DNA of 63,208 nucleotides, the filler included. It is 13 parts of 13 records of this genome, joined end to end, with 100 filler letters (N's around TTAATTAATTAA, not from the genome) between each part and the next. Parts side by side here need not be neighbours in the genome. Positions count along the whole stretch, not along the records: positions 23,247 to 25,722 come from SRR16133337_85027; positions 25,823 to 28,134 come from SRR16133337_85042; positions 28,235 to 31,932 come from SRR16133337_85652; positions 32,033 to 45,626 come from SRR16133337_85965; 9 more parts are not named here. One strand, 5' to 3'. A program made the position numbers and the translations under genes. A model generated the notes under the pieces. That model did not search any database. It worked only from the letters and a program-made list of their open reading frames with translations, and had not been told where the DNA came from. This document shows positions 24,509-37,493 of the stretch, piece by piece; position 1 is the first letter of the stretch; every line of letters starts with the position of its first letter.

Positions 24509-27500
24509 GTACGTAGAAATTAATTTTAGGACATTTTACTTGGTCGAAGTATGTTAAAGTTTCTCTTTTTCGCATTTTCAAACTGGATTTGAAGAATATT
24601 TTTTGTGAAAAACTTTCATGCTAATTTGCTTTTTTTTTCTTCCTCGAATGGGGATATTTATCAATGTGTTGCACTTTCACCTCCCACCACTCCATTTCAA
24701 GACGTTCTGTTTCATAGCGTTAGCTTTAAACTTCATAAAGGTGACTGCAGCGTGCCGTGTTTAAAATATACCGGATTCAATCTGATCTTAATATATGGAA
24801 AACTTTTCATTGGGCTTGTTACATTACCTATTCAGAGATCTAATTCCATTGATCAAAACGAATTTGTCAGATGTTTTGGTTGTTAATTTTGTTTGAAGTA
24901 TACGATTTTTTCCATCCCCACCCCCCACACGAGAAAATTGGTGTTATTTGAAAAACGAACTCACAAGATTACATTTCCAACAACTTCCCTTAAATTTGGG
25001 TGTTTCATAAAATCCATCCCAAAGTAGGGCCCACCGCAAGTCCTTGTGGTGTAATGGATCGCACACGTCTCTGTCAAGAACGAGGCCCGGGCTTGGACGA
25101 TTTTTTTTCGCAAATTTTCTTCAAACCAATGAAATGATTTTGACTCAATGAAATTTATTTGTAAGCAGTTTTGTTTACTTGGATCGTCATGTTTTTTTGT
25201 TTCTTGCTTTGTGCACAAATATTTTTGGGTAGAAACGGCATGTTGTGATTATTGGCTTTTAATAGTGGGTTTGGCAATTTATCGTCTTTTGGACTGAAGT
25301 CACAAAAACAAGTGTCGTATGTTAGATTTATGGCATCAAATCCATCTGAAATTGCTTTTTGCAAGCTTTAATTTCGGTTGGTGGAGGGGGGGGGAAGGAG
25401 AAATTTTCGGGTGTAGGTGCTGTTCTTCATTCAAGCGTTTTTTCTGAACCTGAGATAGTATAATTTTAGTGGACACACCTAAACCTCATATTCAGTGCTG
25501 TTAAGGAAGTCAAAATTAAACATCAAAATCAAGCTCCCAAATGTGGGAGGTGGGTGGTAGGGTGAGCGAATCGCCCGCTCGGACGATGCTCAAACGGCGA
25601 GGAGGCAGGCGCCTTTGCGGTAGGGAGTTGAGTGTGGGTCGGTCACCTCAGGAGTTTACGTACTACGAGAGCGAGAGGGGTGGACTTGGCCGGGTCAGGA
25701 GGTTGTCTCACAGGTTGTTGGTNNNNNNNNNNNNNNNNNNNNNNNNNNNNNNNNNNNNNNNNNNNNTTAATTAATTAANNNNNNNNNNNNNNNNNNNNNN
25801 NNNNNNNNNNNNNNNNNNNNNNTCGACTTCAGTAGAAAGATTCCAAACTCGTAAATGTGTTCCAACACAAATAAGGTGAGTTCCTTCACCGAGCCATGCA
25901 ATGTCGGTAATTGTTTCATGAATCTCAATTTTCACAGTTCTTTCCCACTAAACAAAACATTGTCAAACGTGTTGTTAACGGTACATGGGCAAACGGAGAA
26001 AATAATACCACACAACACTCCCCTCCCACATTATATAAAAAAGGTGGTGTTTTTCAAAAAACAAAAATTTCTTACAACCTATGTTGTTTTTCAAAAAAAA
26101 GAGGTTTGTAACTGGGACACTGCCGACAAACCACCGCCGCCCCTCCACACACACCCACCACCTCCACACACACCACCACACACTCCCCTCATTTTTTTGT
26201 TTCATGAAACCAAATATCACGAACAAAAACTCCTTTTTAGCACAACGCCAAGATCACTAAATTCTTGGAATCTGATTTGGAATAAACTATGGAATACCTT
26301 TTTCGTGGGTTGGCTTTTTGGCTCGTTGATATTTGGATAAAATGCAAGATTTACGAATGTTTTGGGTTCAGCAGCTGAATTGGACCCAAAAAATGCTTTT
26401 ATAATGTATGGACATCCGCATTTTGGCATGACGCTTACATGAACAATTTCATGACACGAATTTTATGTTATATTACCTGGTTAGATGGAAGTAACGGAGA
26501 ATACACGTAGATATTACTAGACGTCACCACAGCAATCTAAACAAAATAATTCAAATTTGTTTCTAATAATGAAAAATAAAATATTCCTTCACAGAGATAT
26601 TTGCTCCGAAAGTGTTACCTTTCCAGAGATTTTGCACCACGACAAAGAACGAATTTCTTCGCCTGAGATGCGTAAAGTTGCTATCACCGCGAAGTTATCA
26701 TCTATCAAATTTATCACATCTTTCGAAACATAAGCCTACAACAAAATGAAACGAATTCTTTTAAAATCACCATATTGCATAAAATCGCAAGACTGTTTTG
26801 GAATAGGGGCCAAGTCTTACAGACACACATAATTTATGAATCACAAAAATCCACATTTGGTGTGCTTTAGAGGTGTCTAACACTTCATCTATCTCCCGCA
26901 TCCATACAACCCATGAATTGATGAAATATCACCTTCATTTGGCAGAAAAAGCGTTTGGGTACACATTTCACTTTGCGCTTGTAAATGCTATTTTCAGAGA
27001 TTTGCTAACAAGATAACGAACCCAAAGTTAAATTCACATTTTTCGATTTCGGACTTTTTTGCCTTACTCACAGCTTGGTAGTTATGGACACACTTTATTT
27101 CATTGTCAAACCAAATTCGAGTGTCACAAAAAGATTTCTGTTGACAAGAGTTGTGAATTTTATGCGAGTGTTTCTTCGCTATATGCTTCTGCGAAGCAAT
27201 GCTGTGTGATTTTCTCCTGTTATGTCCTAGTCGCAGCGAGGTGTGCGGTGGAGCGGGTAATCGACAAGTTTTAAATAAAGACATCGTTTATTTGTTTTGG
27301 TGAGGCTAATTTAAATGTACTATTTATGACTCTGTATTTATAGTTTCTGATGCTCTGGGAAAACTTGAGTTTATTCGAAATAATCCACGTATTAGCATCT
27401 TTTCTGCTTTTGTCACTTTTTTTGCTCAGCTTCAGAGCTCTTGAATTCGAAATGGGAGGAAAAAAAGGGTACATATCTAGAAACGGACTTTCAGAAGTTG

Positions 27501-28235
27501 ATTGTTGTTTTTGAAAAGTGAAAATGCTTTCTGAGGGCGAATGACAAATTCTCGTTTTATTGATTTTCATATTAGATCCACAAAACGCATTTCATCTGCA
27601 GAAAAAGAGGAAAAAGTTGCATGTAGAACACCAGGTATGATCAACTTGATTGTTGTGTTGATTTTTGTGTGGATGTTGTGAGACTACTCCTGTGAAATTT
27701 TCATTTGAGTGATGCTTTTTTTTTAGCTTCACCAAAAGACAACTCATGCCGATGTGTAAGTATTCCATTCTGTTTTCTGTACTTTCACCGTTTTCCCACC
27801 GTACATATTATCGCTTTTTACAACAATCTTGGAACATTGATGCTGTTTTGGAATTACTATAGCAATCGTATGTTCACAACCACTCACGCCGTCACCGCAT
27901 CATCCAGAAAATATTGTGGCACCGTTTTTAAGGAAGGAATATTGCAGATGCCTTTCCAGAGCGAGTGTCGATCGTGTGGGAAGATGGTTGCGGCCCGGCT
28001 GGGAAGGAGCGGGACGACATCCAAGCGATAATTGTTTACTCGTCACAGTGTGGATCTATTGCATTAAGAAACCCATCACACACGTGCACCCATTCCATAA
28101 GAAATTGTTTTCCTTTTTTTTTTTTTTTTTTTTANNNNNNNNNNNNNNNNNNNNNNNNNNNNNNNNNNNNNNNNNNNNTTAATTAATTAANNNNNNNNNN
28201 NNNNNNNNNNNNNNNNNNNNNNNNNNNNNNNNNNG

Positions 28236-28661
28236 ACATTTGTTTATCTACGACTAAATAATAATTTTAATGCCAATATTAAAACGTTATTATTAAATAA
28301 TACATATAGTAACTCTATTGTTGATGCGGAACGCCGAAAAGGGAAACTTTTAGACTATGCTCAATTGTATTTTTTTGGTGTTGCAATTTTCTCATATAAC
28401 CTTGCTAGGTATCGAGTGAAATTATACGCTGTTTTTAAACTTAAATCTGAATATTTCATCAAAATGCTTAAAATTATCAATGGAAACCGGAACCAGATCA
28501 GCATTCCTCCTGACTACCTCGAGCAGGGAACCTCCGAGACGGATAACCACAAACCCTACCCGGTCAGTATAGGCAATCTACATATAGTACGTTCTCCTCC
28601 TTTGAAGACTATTACCCTGTCCCCCATTAAAGTCTACTCTCTTATTATTTCAAATGAATGA
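28236..28661 (+). CDS. Upstream ORF of the retrotransposon (possible ORF1 C-terminus), 5'-partial
   Basis: The frame is open from the contig start to TGA at 28661 and overlaps ORF2 by 8 nt. No recognisable domain. Confidence 0.4.
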   Translation, partial: TFVYLRLNNNFNANIKTLLLNNTYSNSIVDAERRKGKLLDYAQLYFFGVAIFSYNLARYRVKLYAVFKLKSEYFIKMLKIINGNRNQISIPPDYLEQGTSETDNHKPYPVSIGNLHIVRSPPLKTITLSPIKVYSLIISNE

Positions 28662-31600
28662 TAATAATGATAGCACACATGATATAAAACGTTTATGTGG
28701 TATCAACATTTTAAGTCAAAATGTGAATACTTTAAATACTTCATCAAACAATTCAAATAACGCAAAAAGTAACCATTTCACACAAAAAATAAATGCAATT
28801 TTAAAAACAGGCTGCGATCTAATTTTCTTACAAGATATTAGAGCATCATGCAGAATTGCTGTTATTGGGAAAATAATTGAGTGTACAAAAAATGGTAATT
28901 ATAAAATGTTTTATAATTCATCAAAATCAAAAAGGGGGGTCTGTATCTTATACAAGGCTAACCTAGACATAGAAGTCAGAAACGTTTTTAAATCACCTTG
29001 CGAGAACTTAATACTATTGGATTGCCTACTAAATAATACACCTATAACGATTGGATCGGCCTATGGGCCAACAGACATTGACAATCCTATTTTCATAACT
29101 GAAGTCAAGTCTGAAATCGTGAAACTGGGAAATAAATCTTTTATAATTGCTGGGGATTTCAACTGTATCCAAAATATGATCCCATTAATTAGAGATAAAA
29201 GTGATATAACCTCACAAAAGAAGAAATATTACGACATTAATTCTGAAATTTTAAATATGTCCAGTATTCCTAACAAACGTAACAGTCAACTTTTATGTGA
29301 TTTAATTGCTGACGAGTTTTTTGTAGATCCATTCCGTCATTTTTTCCCAAATCGTCGAGAGTATAGTTATGTACCCTTTAATAAAAGAAATGATAATCGA
29401 TCTAGAATAGATTTTTTTTTAACATCGCATGATATACTAGCAATTACTGAGGAAATCAATTATACCCCTTTATTGACCTCACTGTTTGACCATAAAGCCG
29501 TGAAACTCAGATTGGGTGTTAAAAAGAAAGAAACTCGTATAAGTATAGATAATAAAAGTGTTTTTTTTCCAGGAATGTTTGAGACAGCCACAGTCAGCGC
29601 TCTAGATCTTTATAGGTCGTGTACAGACCTCAATCTACAACCTGTAATCCAAGAATTAAATCAGGTACTACTTGACCTTAAGAGTGTTGTCTTATTTAAA
29701 ACCAAATTAATTTACAAAGACCTTCTCGTTGAGCAATTCTGTATTAGTCTGAGTGAAAAATTTTTAAATATAAGGCATAATGCTCTCAACTGGGCTGAAC
29801 TAAGTTCCCAAGAATTAAATGTCTCTAAGGAGATATTCTTTCAAACACTACAAAATAATATAAAAAACGACATGTTTGCATATCAACAGGCATTAAAAAA
29901 ATCTGAACGTTCTTTTGTTACTAAAACAAATAATGAACTAAATCGTTTAAAAGATAACCCTGAAACTACATGTGAACAGGTTTTCTCTCTAGAACAGAAC
30001 CTAAGTGCATACTATGATCTAAAAAACCTGATTGAATGCCAAAAAAATAAACAATGGGAACTTTTTAATTTGGAAAAGCCTAACACTGCTTTTTGTGCAA
30101 TGACAAAAGGAAAAAATAAGAGTGATACTTTGGATTTAATAAAAGACAACACTATTATAGGTAACCCTGTCTCCTTTCAAAATTCCCTAGAACGTAATGA
30201 ACACATCAAAAAATATTATTCCGAGATTTATACGTCAAAGGGCTTATCGGACATAACAATTGAGCAATTTTTGGGACCCGATATCGTCAATTCTAATTAT
30301 GTAAGGGATAAACAATTAACAGATGAGGAAAAATTATCAATGGAACATCAAATTACCTCTGATGAATTAACTGAAAGTCTGAGACATGCAAATAAAGGGT
30401 CAGCTGCCGGACACGATGGCTGGTCGTATAAATTAATATTTTTTTTATGGGATATTTTGAAGGAACCTTTAGCTTCAAGCTTTAATGAAATGATCATCAA
30501 AGGCAGGTTAGGAGACCCATTCAGGCTAGTTAATGTAAAACTTTTACCAAAAAAAGGGGATTTACATAACATAAAAAATTATAGACCAATTAGTTTGTTG
30601 TCCAATTTCTACAAATTATGCTCAGGAGCTTTTAATAGAAGATTAACAAAATTCACAGATAGAATTACATCAAATAGACAAAAAGCATATTCAAAAACCA
30701 AAGTTTCTCATGAGTGTATTTTGAATATATTGGACAACATGAAAAAAGCAATTTTGTCGAATTCCAAGCTAGCAATCGTCCTCTGTGACTTTAGCAAGGC
30801 CTTCGACAAAATTGAGCACGATTTCATGACTAAGACTTTATTATTTTTTGGATTCGGTCAATATATGATACAGATCTTAAAGACTATTCTGACCGGTAGG
30901 GTTGGTGGCATTTTGACCAAAGAAGGACTGACCGCTCTTTTTGACTTTCTATGTGGGTCTGGGCAGGGAGATAGCGCGAGTGCTACATTGTTTATCCTTG
31001 GTATAGAAATTTTACTGATTAAATTATTCCTAGATCCCGCCCTAAAAAAAGTTATTATTCCAAATCCTTCGTATAGGCACGGCTCCGAAACCCTCGGAGT
31101 TAATGCTTATGCGGACGATATCACGGAAATGATCCTAGGATCATCCGAAAATCTAGTTTATCTAAAAAATATATTCTCTTTTTTTTCAAGATTAAGTGGA
31201 CTCGAGCTCAACGTTGACAAGACGACTGTGATCCCGGTCGCCGCTAGTAACACACAGGATTTTAAGCAAGAGATACGAAATATTGGTTTTGACTGCGATG
31301 AGTCTTTTACAGTTTTAGGATTTAAAATCGATAATAAGCTGAGTAGATTGCATGAGAACGTTGATAACATTAAATTTAAAATGAGCAATATTTCAAATTT
31401 TTGGAGCAAGGTTCCAATGACACTATGTGGAAAAATTACTGTAGCAAAGACCTTCCTATTAAGTCAAATAGCATATATATGTGCAGTTATACCCACACCA
31501 GAGAGGGATTTTAGGATTTTCGATAAAATTATTTCCAATTTTATAACTTACAAGAGTGGAATTAAAGAAAAATTAGTTTTTACCAAAACGTGCCATGGTG

Positions 31601-31932
31601 GACTCGGGTTAACTAGGTCAAGAGACTTTATCGATGGAATAAGACTAGGCTTAACTAAACGTTATTTAAAAAGTTCGGACTCATGGGCAGATTGCTTAAG
31701 AATAAGTCAATTCCTACCCAATGAAAACTTTCAATTCGACTTAGGACACCCAATCTTTAAATTAAACCCATATACACTAAATATTGCCAAGTCTACAGTT
31801 CCCTTTTCCGCAGCCTTCTTCAATTTAGAGGGGAACTTATTGAAAGCTAAGCTTTTTGAGAACACATGTGTTTTTCGGAACAACGAGGGAAGGAGTCTAA
31901 AATTATATGATATTGATCCTGGAACTATTAGA
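28654..31932 (+). mobile_element. Non-LTR retrotransposon (LINE, L1/Tx1-like) ORF2 with APE endonuclease and reverse transcriptase, 3'-truncated
   Basis: EN motifs SQNV, AYGP, AGDFN, SRIDFFL and FDH. RT motifs NYRPISLL, DFSKAFD, QGD, YADD, GLELNVDKT and GGLGL. Uninterrupted ORF of >1090 codons. Confidence 0.93.
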
Positions 31933-32032
31933 NNNNNNNNNNNNNNNNNNNNNNNNNNNNNNNNNNNNNNNNNNNNTTAATTAATTAANNNNNNNNNNNN
32001 NNNNNNNNNNNNNNNNNNNNNNNNNNNNNNNN

Positions 32033-32058
32033 CTATTTTATTTCGCCGTTTCACGGCT
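32033..32058 (-). repeat. REP-like 26-bp hairpin repeat, copy 1
   Basis: Reverse complement AGCCGTGAAACGGCGAAATAAAATAG matches 34486-34511 at 25/26 nt. Confidence 0.65.
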
Positions 32059-32104
32059 TTACTGCATCACTGCATCACCGCTATCTGCTCTACAAGCAGT
32101 ATTT

Positions 32105-33778
32105 CTAAAAAAAGCGAATTAGTTTGACGTGGAAAACCCCATTGTTTATATCGAAAGATTCTTTATTGGATTTTCCAAAAGCGTAATTTAGATTGATAAT
32201 TCCAGATTTTGTTTGATAAGCATACCCTAATCCAAAACTATACAAATGGTTGTTTGTAGCGTCTGTTTTGTTTTCTGTAAAACCCAAATCAGAAAAAATG
32301 TAGAGATACGATTCATAGTTAGTTAACAATCGGTATTCTAAATTTGAATAGTTGTAAGAAGAAGCAAATAAACTTTCTTCATAAAAACCTCTAATGCTAT
32401 TTGCTCCACCCAATCTAAAAAGTTCATTAAATAATAAGGTGTTTGAAACGAGTGTTTGCGTTTTGTTTTTTAAAAACAGATGACTTTTGTTGGTCAAAGT
32501 TGCGATATAAGAAATATCGAATTCCAAATGGTATTGTTTTTCGGAAGACAAGTCTGTTTTTCTTTTCCCGAAATTGGCTTTTGAATTTATTTGAAGTTTA
32601 AACTTTGTTAAATTTTGTTGCGGCAAAAAGTATTTATAATGGACTCCGTAAAAATTGGCAACGTAAGATTCGATAGCAACCGATTGAGTTTCTGTTAATA
32701 GATTGCTAGAGGTTTCTGAATTTAGCGATAGCCCCATTGTAGTTCGAGGGTTTATTTGATAATTAAAGACTGCAAGGGTGTTTATATTGATGAATGAGGA
32801 GTCTTGTTTGTAAATTTCAAATTTAATTTCGGGACTGATGGGTGTGTTGAATATATAGGGCGTTGAAATTTCAAAACGAAACCGTTCTTGGCTTTTACCA
32901 TTGTTACTCCAATACAATGCCAGTGCTTCCCCTTTATGAAAAGAATTTTTTAATTTGAGATCTAAATATCCATTAAACTTTAGCTTATTGCTACCTTCAT
33001 TGTTAGAAAACCCAATAAGCCCATCAAATTGATTTGATTTCCTTTTTAAGAGGTACATATATACATGAGTAGAGTCGTTTGTGAATAATACTTCTGGAGC
33101 TTTTGATTCTTCAACAAAATCCAACGATTTTAAATAATTACTTGCGTTTTCAAGTTGTTCCTTGTTGAAAGTATTATTCGTTTTAAGTTTTAAATGATGT
33201 TTTAGGAACTTCTGAGGAAAATCGGTATATCCTTTTAATACGATTTTGTCAATTTTTCTCTTTTTAGAGGGAGTAATCACAACGTTTGCAAGAAGCTTGT
33301 TCTTGTGAAGCTTTATCTGTGTAAGTTGTACCTCTGTAAATGGAGTTCCTTTTTTTTCGAAATACTGTGTTAGTTTTTCTAAAGTAGGCTTTAATTGATG
33401 TATGGGAATACTCATTTTATGATTTTTATCGATCAAAATAAACGTAGGAAGATGCCTACTTTTTTCAAAAACCAAAGTGATACTATCTATTTGTTGCTTT
33501 GTTGTTATAACGGCTGTATAGGTAGTATCATTCTTTTTAGAGAGTTGAGAGGTGGGGGAGAGGAAACCAAAATATTCTAAATTTTTGACAAAACTTTTAA
33601 GTTCCTTAGAAATTGTTTTTAGACTTGTCTGACTTTTTTTATATTCAATACATTCAAATATAGGAGTATTGATGCTATCTTTTGATTTGATTTCTAAAGC
33701 AATATTCTGACCAAACATTTCAAAATAAGAAAACAGAAAAACCAACGTATATAATAGAGGGATTGTTGTTTTTAACAT
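32105..33778 (-). CDS. Omp85-superfamily (BamA/TamA-like) POTRA + beta-barrel outer-membrane protein
   Basis: Signal peptide, POTRA-like N-half, RLGGANSIRGFYE lid motif and C-terminal aromatic residues (IRFF). Confidence 0.8.
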   Translation of the reverse strand: MLKTTIPLLYTLVFLFSYFEMFGQNIALEIKSKDSINTPIFECIEYKKSQTSLKTISKELKSFVKNLEYFGFLSPTSQLSKKNDTTYTAVITTKQQIDSITLVFEKSRHLPTFILIDKNHKMSIPIHQLKPTLEKLTQYFEKKGTPFTEVQLTQIKLHKNKLLANVVITPSKKRKIDKIVLKGYTDFPQKFLKHHLKLKTNNTFNKEQLENASNYLKSLDFVEESKAPEVLFTNDSTHVYMYLLKRKSNQFDGLIGFSNNEGSNKLKFNGYLDLKLKNSFHKGEALALYWSNNGKSQERFRFEISTPYIFNTPISPEIKFEIYKQDSSFININTLAVFNYQINPRTTMGLSLNSETSSNLLTETQSVAIESYVANFYGVHYKYFLPQQNLTKFKLQINSKANFGKRKTDLSSEKQYHLEFDISYIATLTNKSHLFLKNKTQTLVSNTLLFNELFRLGGANSIRGFYEESLFASSYNYSNLEYRLLTNYESYLYIFSDLGFTENKTDATNNHLYSFGLGYAYQTKSGIINLNYAFGKSNKESFDINNGVFHVKLIRFF

Positions 33779-33826
33779 TTTGATTTTTTTAAAAGGGATT
33801 CGTATATTTTCTTCACTTTAGGATTG

Positions 33827-33921
33827 TATACTCCGTTCGCTTAGAATCCCGAATTTTAGAAACCTCTTTTTGTTCGAGAACCCCTCCTAAAATTTTCAGG
33901 TTTTTAAGCGGGCGGAGTATA
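33827..33921. repeat. 95-bp inverted-repeat element (MITE-like or structured RNA)
   Basis: 20-bp terminal arms TATACTCCGTTCGCTTAGAA / TTTTAAGCGGGCGGAGTATA, an inner stem GAATTTTAG/CTAAAATTT and TA ends. Confidence 0.65.
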
Positions 33922-34019
33922 AGTCAGACCTTTTTTTGAAAGAAATAGAAGTTCAAATCTACTTTAAAATATTTCAACAACCAACACTCAAGAATGTTTT
34001 GAAATTTAACTGTTTGATA

Positions 34020-34050
34020 TTTGGAAAAATAGAAATTTATTGTACATTTG
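34020..34050 (+). promoter_or_regulatory. Bacteroidota housekeeping promoter for the str/S10 cluster
   Basis: TTTG (-33) then 19 nt then TACATTTG (TAnnTTTG, -7). Confidence 0.72.
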
Positions 34051-34104
34051 CACACTCTAAAAACTAGAGGAATCTAAAATAAACGTAATTTATAACAAAT
34101 TAGT

Positions 34105-34482
34105 ATGCCAACTATTCAACAATTAGTACGTAAAGGAAGAACCCAAAACGCTAAGAAGAGTAAATCGGCTGCTTTAAATTCGTGCCCTCAAAGACGAGGA
34201 GTTTGTACACGTGTTTATACGACAACACCAAAGAAACCAAATTCTGCAATGAGAAAAGTTGCCAGAGTTCGTTTGACTAACGGCAAGGAGGTAAATGCTT
34301 ACATTCCTGGAGAAGGACACAATTTGCAAGAGCATTCGATAGTATTAGTAAGGGGAGGAAGAGTTAAAGATTTGCCAGGGGTAAAATATCATATTGTTCG
34401 TGGTGCCTTAGATACCGCTGGAGTTGAAGGAAGAGCTCAACGAAGATCTAAATACGGAGCAAAACGTCCTAAGAAGAAATAA
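34105..34482 (+). CDS. rpsL: 30S ribosomal protein S12
   Basis: [22 protein letters not shown] and RVKDLPGV. Confidence 0.99.
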   Translation: MPTIQQLVRKGRTQNAKKSKSAALNSCPQRRGVCTRVYTTTPKKPNSAMRKVARVRLTNGKEVNAYIPGEGHNLQEHSIVLVRGGRVKDLPGVKYHIVRGALDTAGVEGRAQRRSKYGAKRPKKK

Positions 34483-34485
34483 AAT

Positions 34486-34511
34486 AGCCGTGAAACGGCG
34501 AAATAGAATAG
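34486..34511 (+). repeat. REP-like 26-bp hairpin repeat, copy 2 (rpsL-rpsG spacer)
   Basis: GCCGT-GAA-ACGGC hairpin; matches 32033-32058 in inverted orientation. Confidence 0.65.
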
Positions 34512-34569
34512 GTTTGATGAATAAGTACAGAACCGAATCACTCAACAACGACAACAAACTCAAGAAATC

Positions 34570-35049
34570 ATGAGAAAAAGAAGAGCGAAGAAAAGAGTTC
34601 TTTTACCAGATCCAAAGTTTAATGACCAATTAGCAACACGTTTTGTGAATATGTTAATGTGGGATGGTAAGAAATCAGTAGCATTCAAAGTCTTTTACGA
34701 GGCACTAGAGATCGTAGAAGAAAGAAAAGGAGAGGGAGAAGAAAAATCTGCCTTAGAAATATGGAAAGACGCACTTTCTAACGTGATGCCTCAAGTAGAG
34801 GTACGCAGTCGTCGTGTTGGAGGAGCAAACTTTCAAATTCCAATGCCAATTAGACCTGATAGAAAAGTATCTATGGCAATCAAATGGATGATTTCATTTG
34901 CGAGAAAGCGTAACGAAAAAACAATGGCTCAAAAATTAGCAGGTGAAGTTTTGGCAGCTGCAAAAGAAGAAGGAGCCGCTGTTAAGAAAAGAATAGACGT
35001 TCATAAAATGGCTGAGGCAAATAAAGCATTCTCCCATTTTAGATTTTAA
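34570..35049 (+). CDS. rpsG: 30S ribosomal protein S7
   Basis: [15 protein letters not shown] and [15 protein letters not shown]. Confidence 0.98.
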   Translation: MRKRRAKKRVLLPDPKFNDQLATRFVNMLMWDGKKSVAFKVFYEALEIVEERKGEGEEKSALEIWKDALSNVMPQVEVRSRRVGGANFQIPMPIRPDRKVSMAIKWMISFARKRNEKTMAQKLAGEVLAAAKEEGAAVKKRIDVHKMAEANKAFSHFRF

Positions 35050-35060
35050 TTCATAGTGAA

Positions 35061-37184
35061 ATGGCAAGAGATTTAAAATATACAAGAAATATTGGTATTG
35101 CAGCACATATTGATGCAGGAAAAACTACTACCACGGAACGTATTTTGTATTATACGGGAGTTTCTCATAAGATTGGAGAAGTTCATGACGGTGCTGCAAC
35201 AATGGATTGGATGGAGCAAGAGCAAGAAAGAGGCATTACCATTACTTCTGCGGCAACAACTTGTGAATGGGAGTTTCCAACTGAAAATGGAAAACCAACC
35301 GCAGAGGCAAAAGCTTACCATTTTAACATTATTGATACGCCTGGTCACGTTGATTTTACGGTAGAGGTAAATCGTTCATTACGTGTGTTAGACGGCTTAG
35401 TTTTCTTATTCAGTGCCGTTGATGGTGTAGAGCCTCAATCAGAAACAAATTGGAGATTGGCAGACAATTACAAAGTGCCAAGAATTGGTTTTGTAAACAA
35501 AATGGATCGTCAAGGCTCTAATTTTGCAAAAGTTTGTACTCAGGTTAAAGAAATGCTAGGTTCTAATGCAGTGCCCATCGTTTTGCCAATTGGAGAAGAA
35601 AATGATTTTAAAGGAATTGTTGATTTGGTAAAAAACAGAGCTATTGTATGGCATGATAATACACAAGGAGCTACTTTCGATATCGTTCCCATTCCAGAAG
35701 ATTTAGTAGAGGAAGCGGCAGAAGCTCGTGCCCATTTAATTGAAGAGGTTGCAGGTTACGACGAGAATCTTTTAGAAAAATTTATGGAAGATGAAAATTC
35801 TATTTCTGAAGAAGAAGTACACCATGCATTAAGAGCTGCAGTGATGGATATGTCTATCATCCCTATGATTTGTGGATCTGCCTTTAAAAACAAGGGAGTT
35901 CAATTTTTACTAGATGGTGTTTGTAGATATTTACCTTCTCCATTAGATAAAGGGGCAATCATTGGTACAAATCCAGATAATGGTGAAGAAATTGAAAGAA
36001 ACCCAGATGTAAAAGAATCTTTTGCGGCTTTGGCATTTAAGATTGCTACAGACCCTTTTGTAGGTCGTTTGGCATTTTTTCGAGCTTATTCAGGTCGTTT
36101 AGATGCGGGATCTTATATATTAAACAACCGCTCAGGTAAAAAAGAACGGATTTCCCGGATCTACCAAATGCATGCCAACAAACAAAACGCTATCGATTCT
36201 ATCGAAGCAGGGGATATTGGAGCTGCAGTTGGATTTAAAGACATCAAGACAGGAGATACCATGAGTGCTATAAACGCACCGATCATCTTAGAAAGTATGG
36301 ATTTCCCAGATCCGGTAATTGGAATCTCTATCGAACCAAAAACGAAGGCAGATATTGATAAGTTAGGAATGTCTTTAGCAAAATTAGCAGAAGAAGATCC
36401 TACTTTTCAAGTAAGAACAGATGAAGCTTCAGGACAAACAATAATTTCTGGAATGGGTGAATTGCACTTAGAGGTTTTAATTGATCGTTTGAAACGGGAA
36501 TTTAAAGTAGAGGTAAATGAAGGGGAACCACAAGTAGAATATAAAGAAGCAGTAACAAAATCAACATCTCACAGAGAAATTTATAAAAAACAATCTGGTG
36601 GACGTGGTAAGTTTGGTGATATCGTATTTGAAATGGGACCTGTTGATGAGGATTTCAAAGGACCTGGATTGCAGTTTGTAGATAAAATTAAAGGGGGACG
36701 CATTCCTAAAGAATTTATTCCATCTATAGAAAAAGGATTCAGAGAATCTATGAAGAATGGTCCTTTAGCTGGATTTGTAATGGACACTTTAAAAGTTACC
36801 TTAAAAGACGGATCTTTCCACCCTGTAGATTCTGATGCACTTTCTTTTGAATTGGCTGCTAAAATAGGATACAGAGCTTGTGCAAAATCGGCAGGAGCTA
36901 TAATCTTAGAACCGATTATGAAAATGGAAGCGATTACTCCAGAAGAAAATATGGGAGATATTGTTGGTGATTTAAATAAACGTAGAGGTCAAGTAAACGA
37001 TATGGGAGATCGCTCAGGGGCAAAAGTAATCAAGGCAAATGTACCATTGTCTGAAATGTTTGGATATGTAACAACGTTACGGACACTTTCATCAGGTAGA
37101 GCAACTTCAACGATGGAGTTCTCTCACTATGCTCAAACACCTTCTAATATTTCAGAAGACGTAATTGCAAAATCTAAAACCTAA
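35061..37184 (+). CDS. fusA: Elongation factor G
   Basis: [32 protein letters not shown] and GMGELHL. Confidence 0.99.
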   Translation: MARDLKYTRNIGIAAHIDAGKTTTTERILYYTGVSHKIGEVHDGAATMDWMEQEQERGITITSAATTCEWEFPTENGKPTAEAKAYHFNIIDTPGHVDFTVEVNRSLRVLDGLVFLFSAVDGVEPQSETNWRLADNYKVPRIGFVNKMDRQGSNFAKVCTQVKEMLGSNAVPIVLPIGEENDFKGIVDLVKNRAIVWHDNTQGATFDIVPIPEDLVEEAAEARAHLIEEVAGYDENLLEKFMEDENSISEEEVHHALRAAVMDMSIIPMICGSAFKNKGVQFLLDGVCRYLPSPLDKGAIIGTNPDNGEEIERNPDVKESFAALAFKIATDPFVGRLAFFRAYSGRLDAGSYILNNRSGKKERISRIYQMHANKQNAIDSIEAGDIGAAVGFKDIKTGDTMSAINAPIILESMDFPDPVIGISIEPKTKADIDKLGMSLAKLAEEDPTFQVRTDEASGQTIISGMGELHLEVLIDRLKREFKVEVNEGEPQVEYKEAVTKSTSHREIYKKQSGGRGKFGDIVFEMGPVDEDFKGPGLQFVDKIKGGRIPKEFIPSIEKGFRESMKNGPLAGFVMDTLKVTLKDGSFHPVDSDALSFELAAKIGYRACAKSAGAIILEPIMKMEAITPEENMGDIVGDLNKRRGQVNDMGDRSGAKVIKANVPLSEMFGYVTTLRTLSSGRATSTMEFSHYAQTPSNISEDVIAKSKT

Positions 37185-37187
37185 ATG

Positions 37188-37493
37188 ATGAGTCAGAAAA
37201 TTAGAATAAAATTAAAATCTTATGATTATAATTTAGTAGACAAATCTGCTGAAAAAATTGTAAAGACGGTAAAGTCAACAGGTGCTGTTGTTAATGGACC
37301 CATTCCATTGCCAACAAATAGAAAGATTTTCACGGTACTACGTTCCCCACACGTAAACAAAAAATCTAGAGAGCAATTTCAATTAAGTTCTTTTAAAAGA
37401 TTATTAGATATCTATAGTTCTTCTTCGAAAACTATCGACGCTCTCATGAAGTTAGAGTTACCTAGTGGGGTTGAAGTAGAAATAAAAGTGTAA
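37188..37493 (+). CDS. rpsJ: 30S ribosomal protein S10
   Basis: [18 protein letters not shown] and [13 protein letters not shown]. Confidence 0.98.
   Translation: MSQKIRIKLKSYDYNLVDKSAEKIVKTVKSTGAVVNGPIPLPTNRKIFTVLRSPHVNKKSREQFQLSSFKRLLDIYSSSSKTIDALMKLELPSGVEVEIKV

Noticed and set aside
25823-28134. Eukaryotic contig with scattered short ORFs and possible small exons near 27575-28030
   Set aside because: No recognisable domain or consistent gene model could be built by eye.
37184-37188. No tuf between fusA and rpsJ
   Set aside because: rpsL-rpsG-fusA-rpsJ without tuf is the usual Bacteroidota arrangement.
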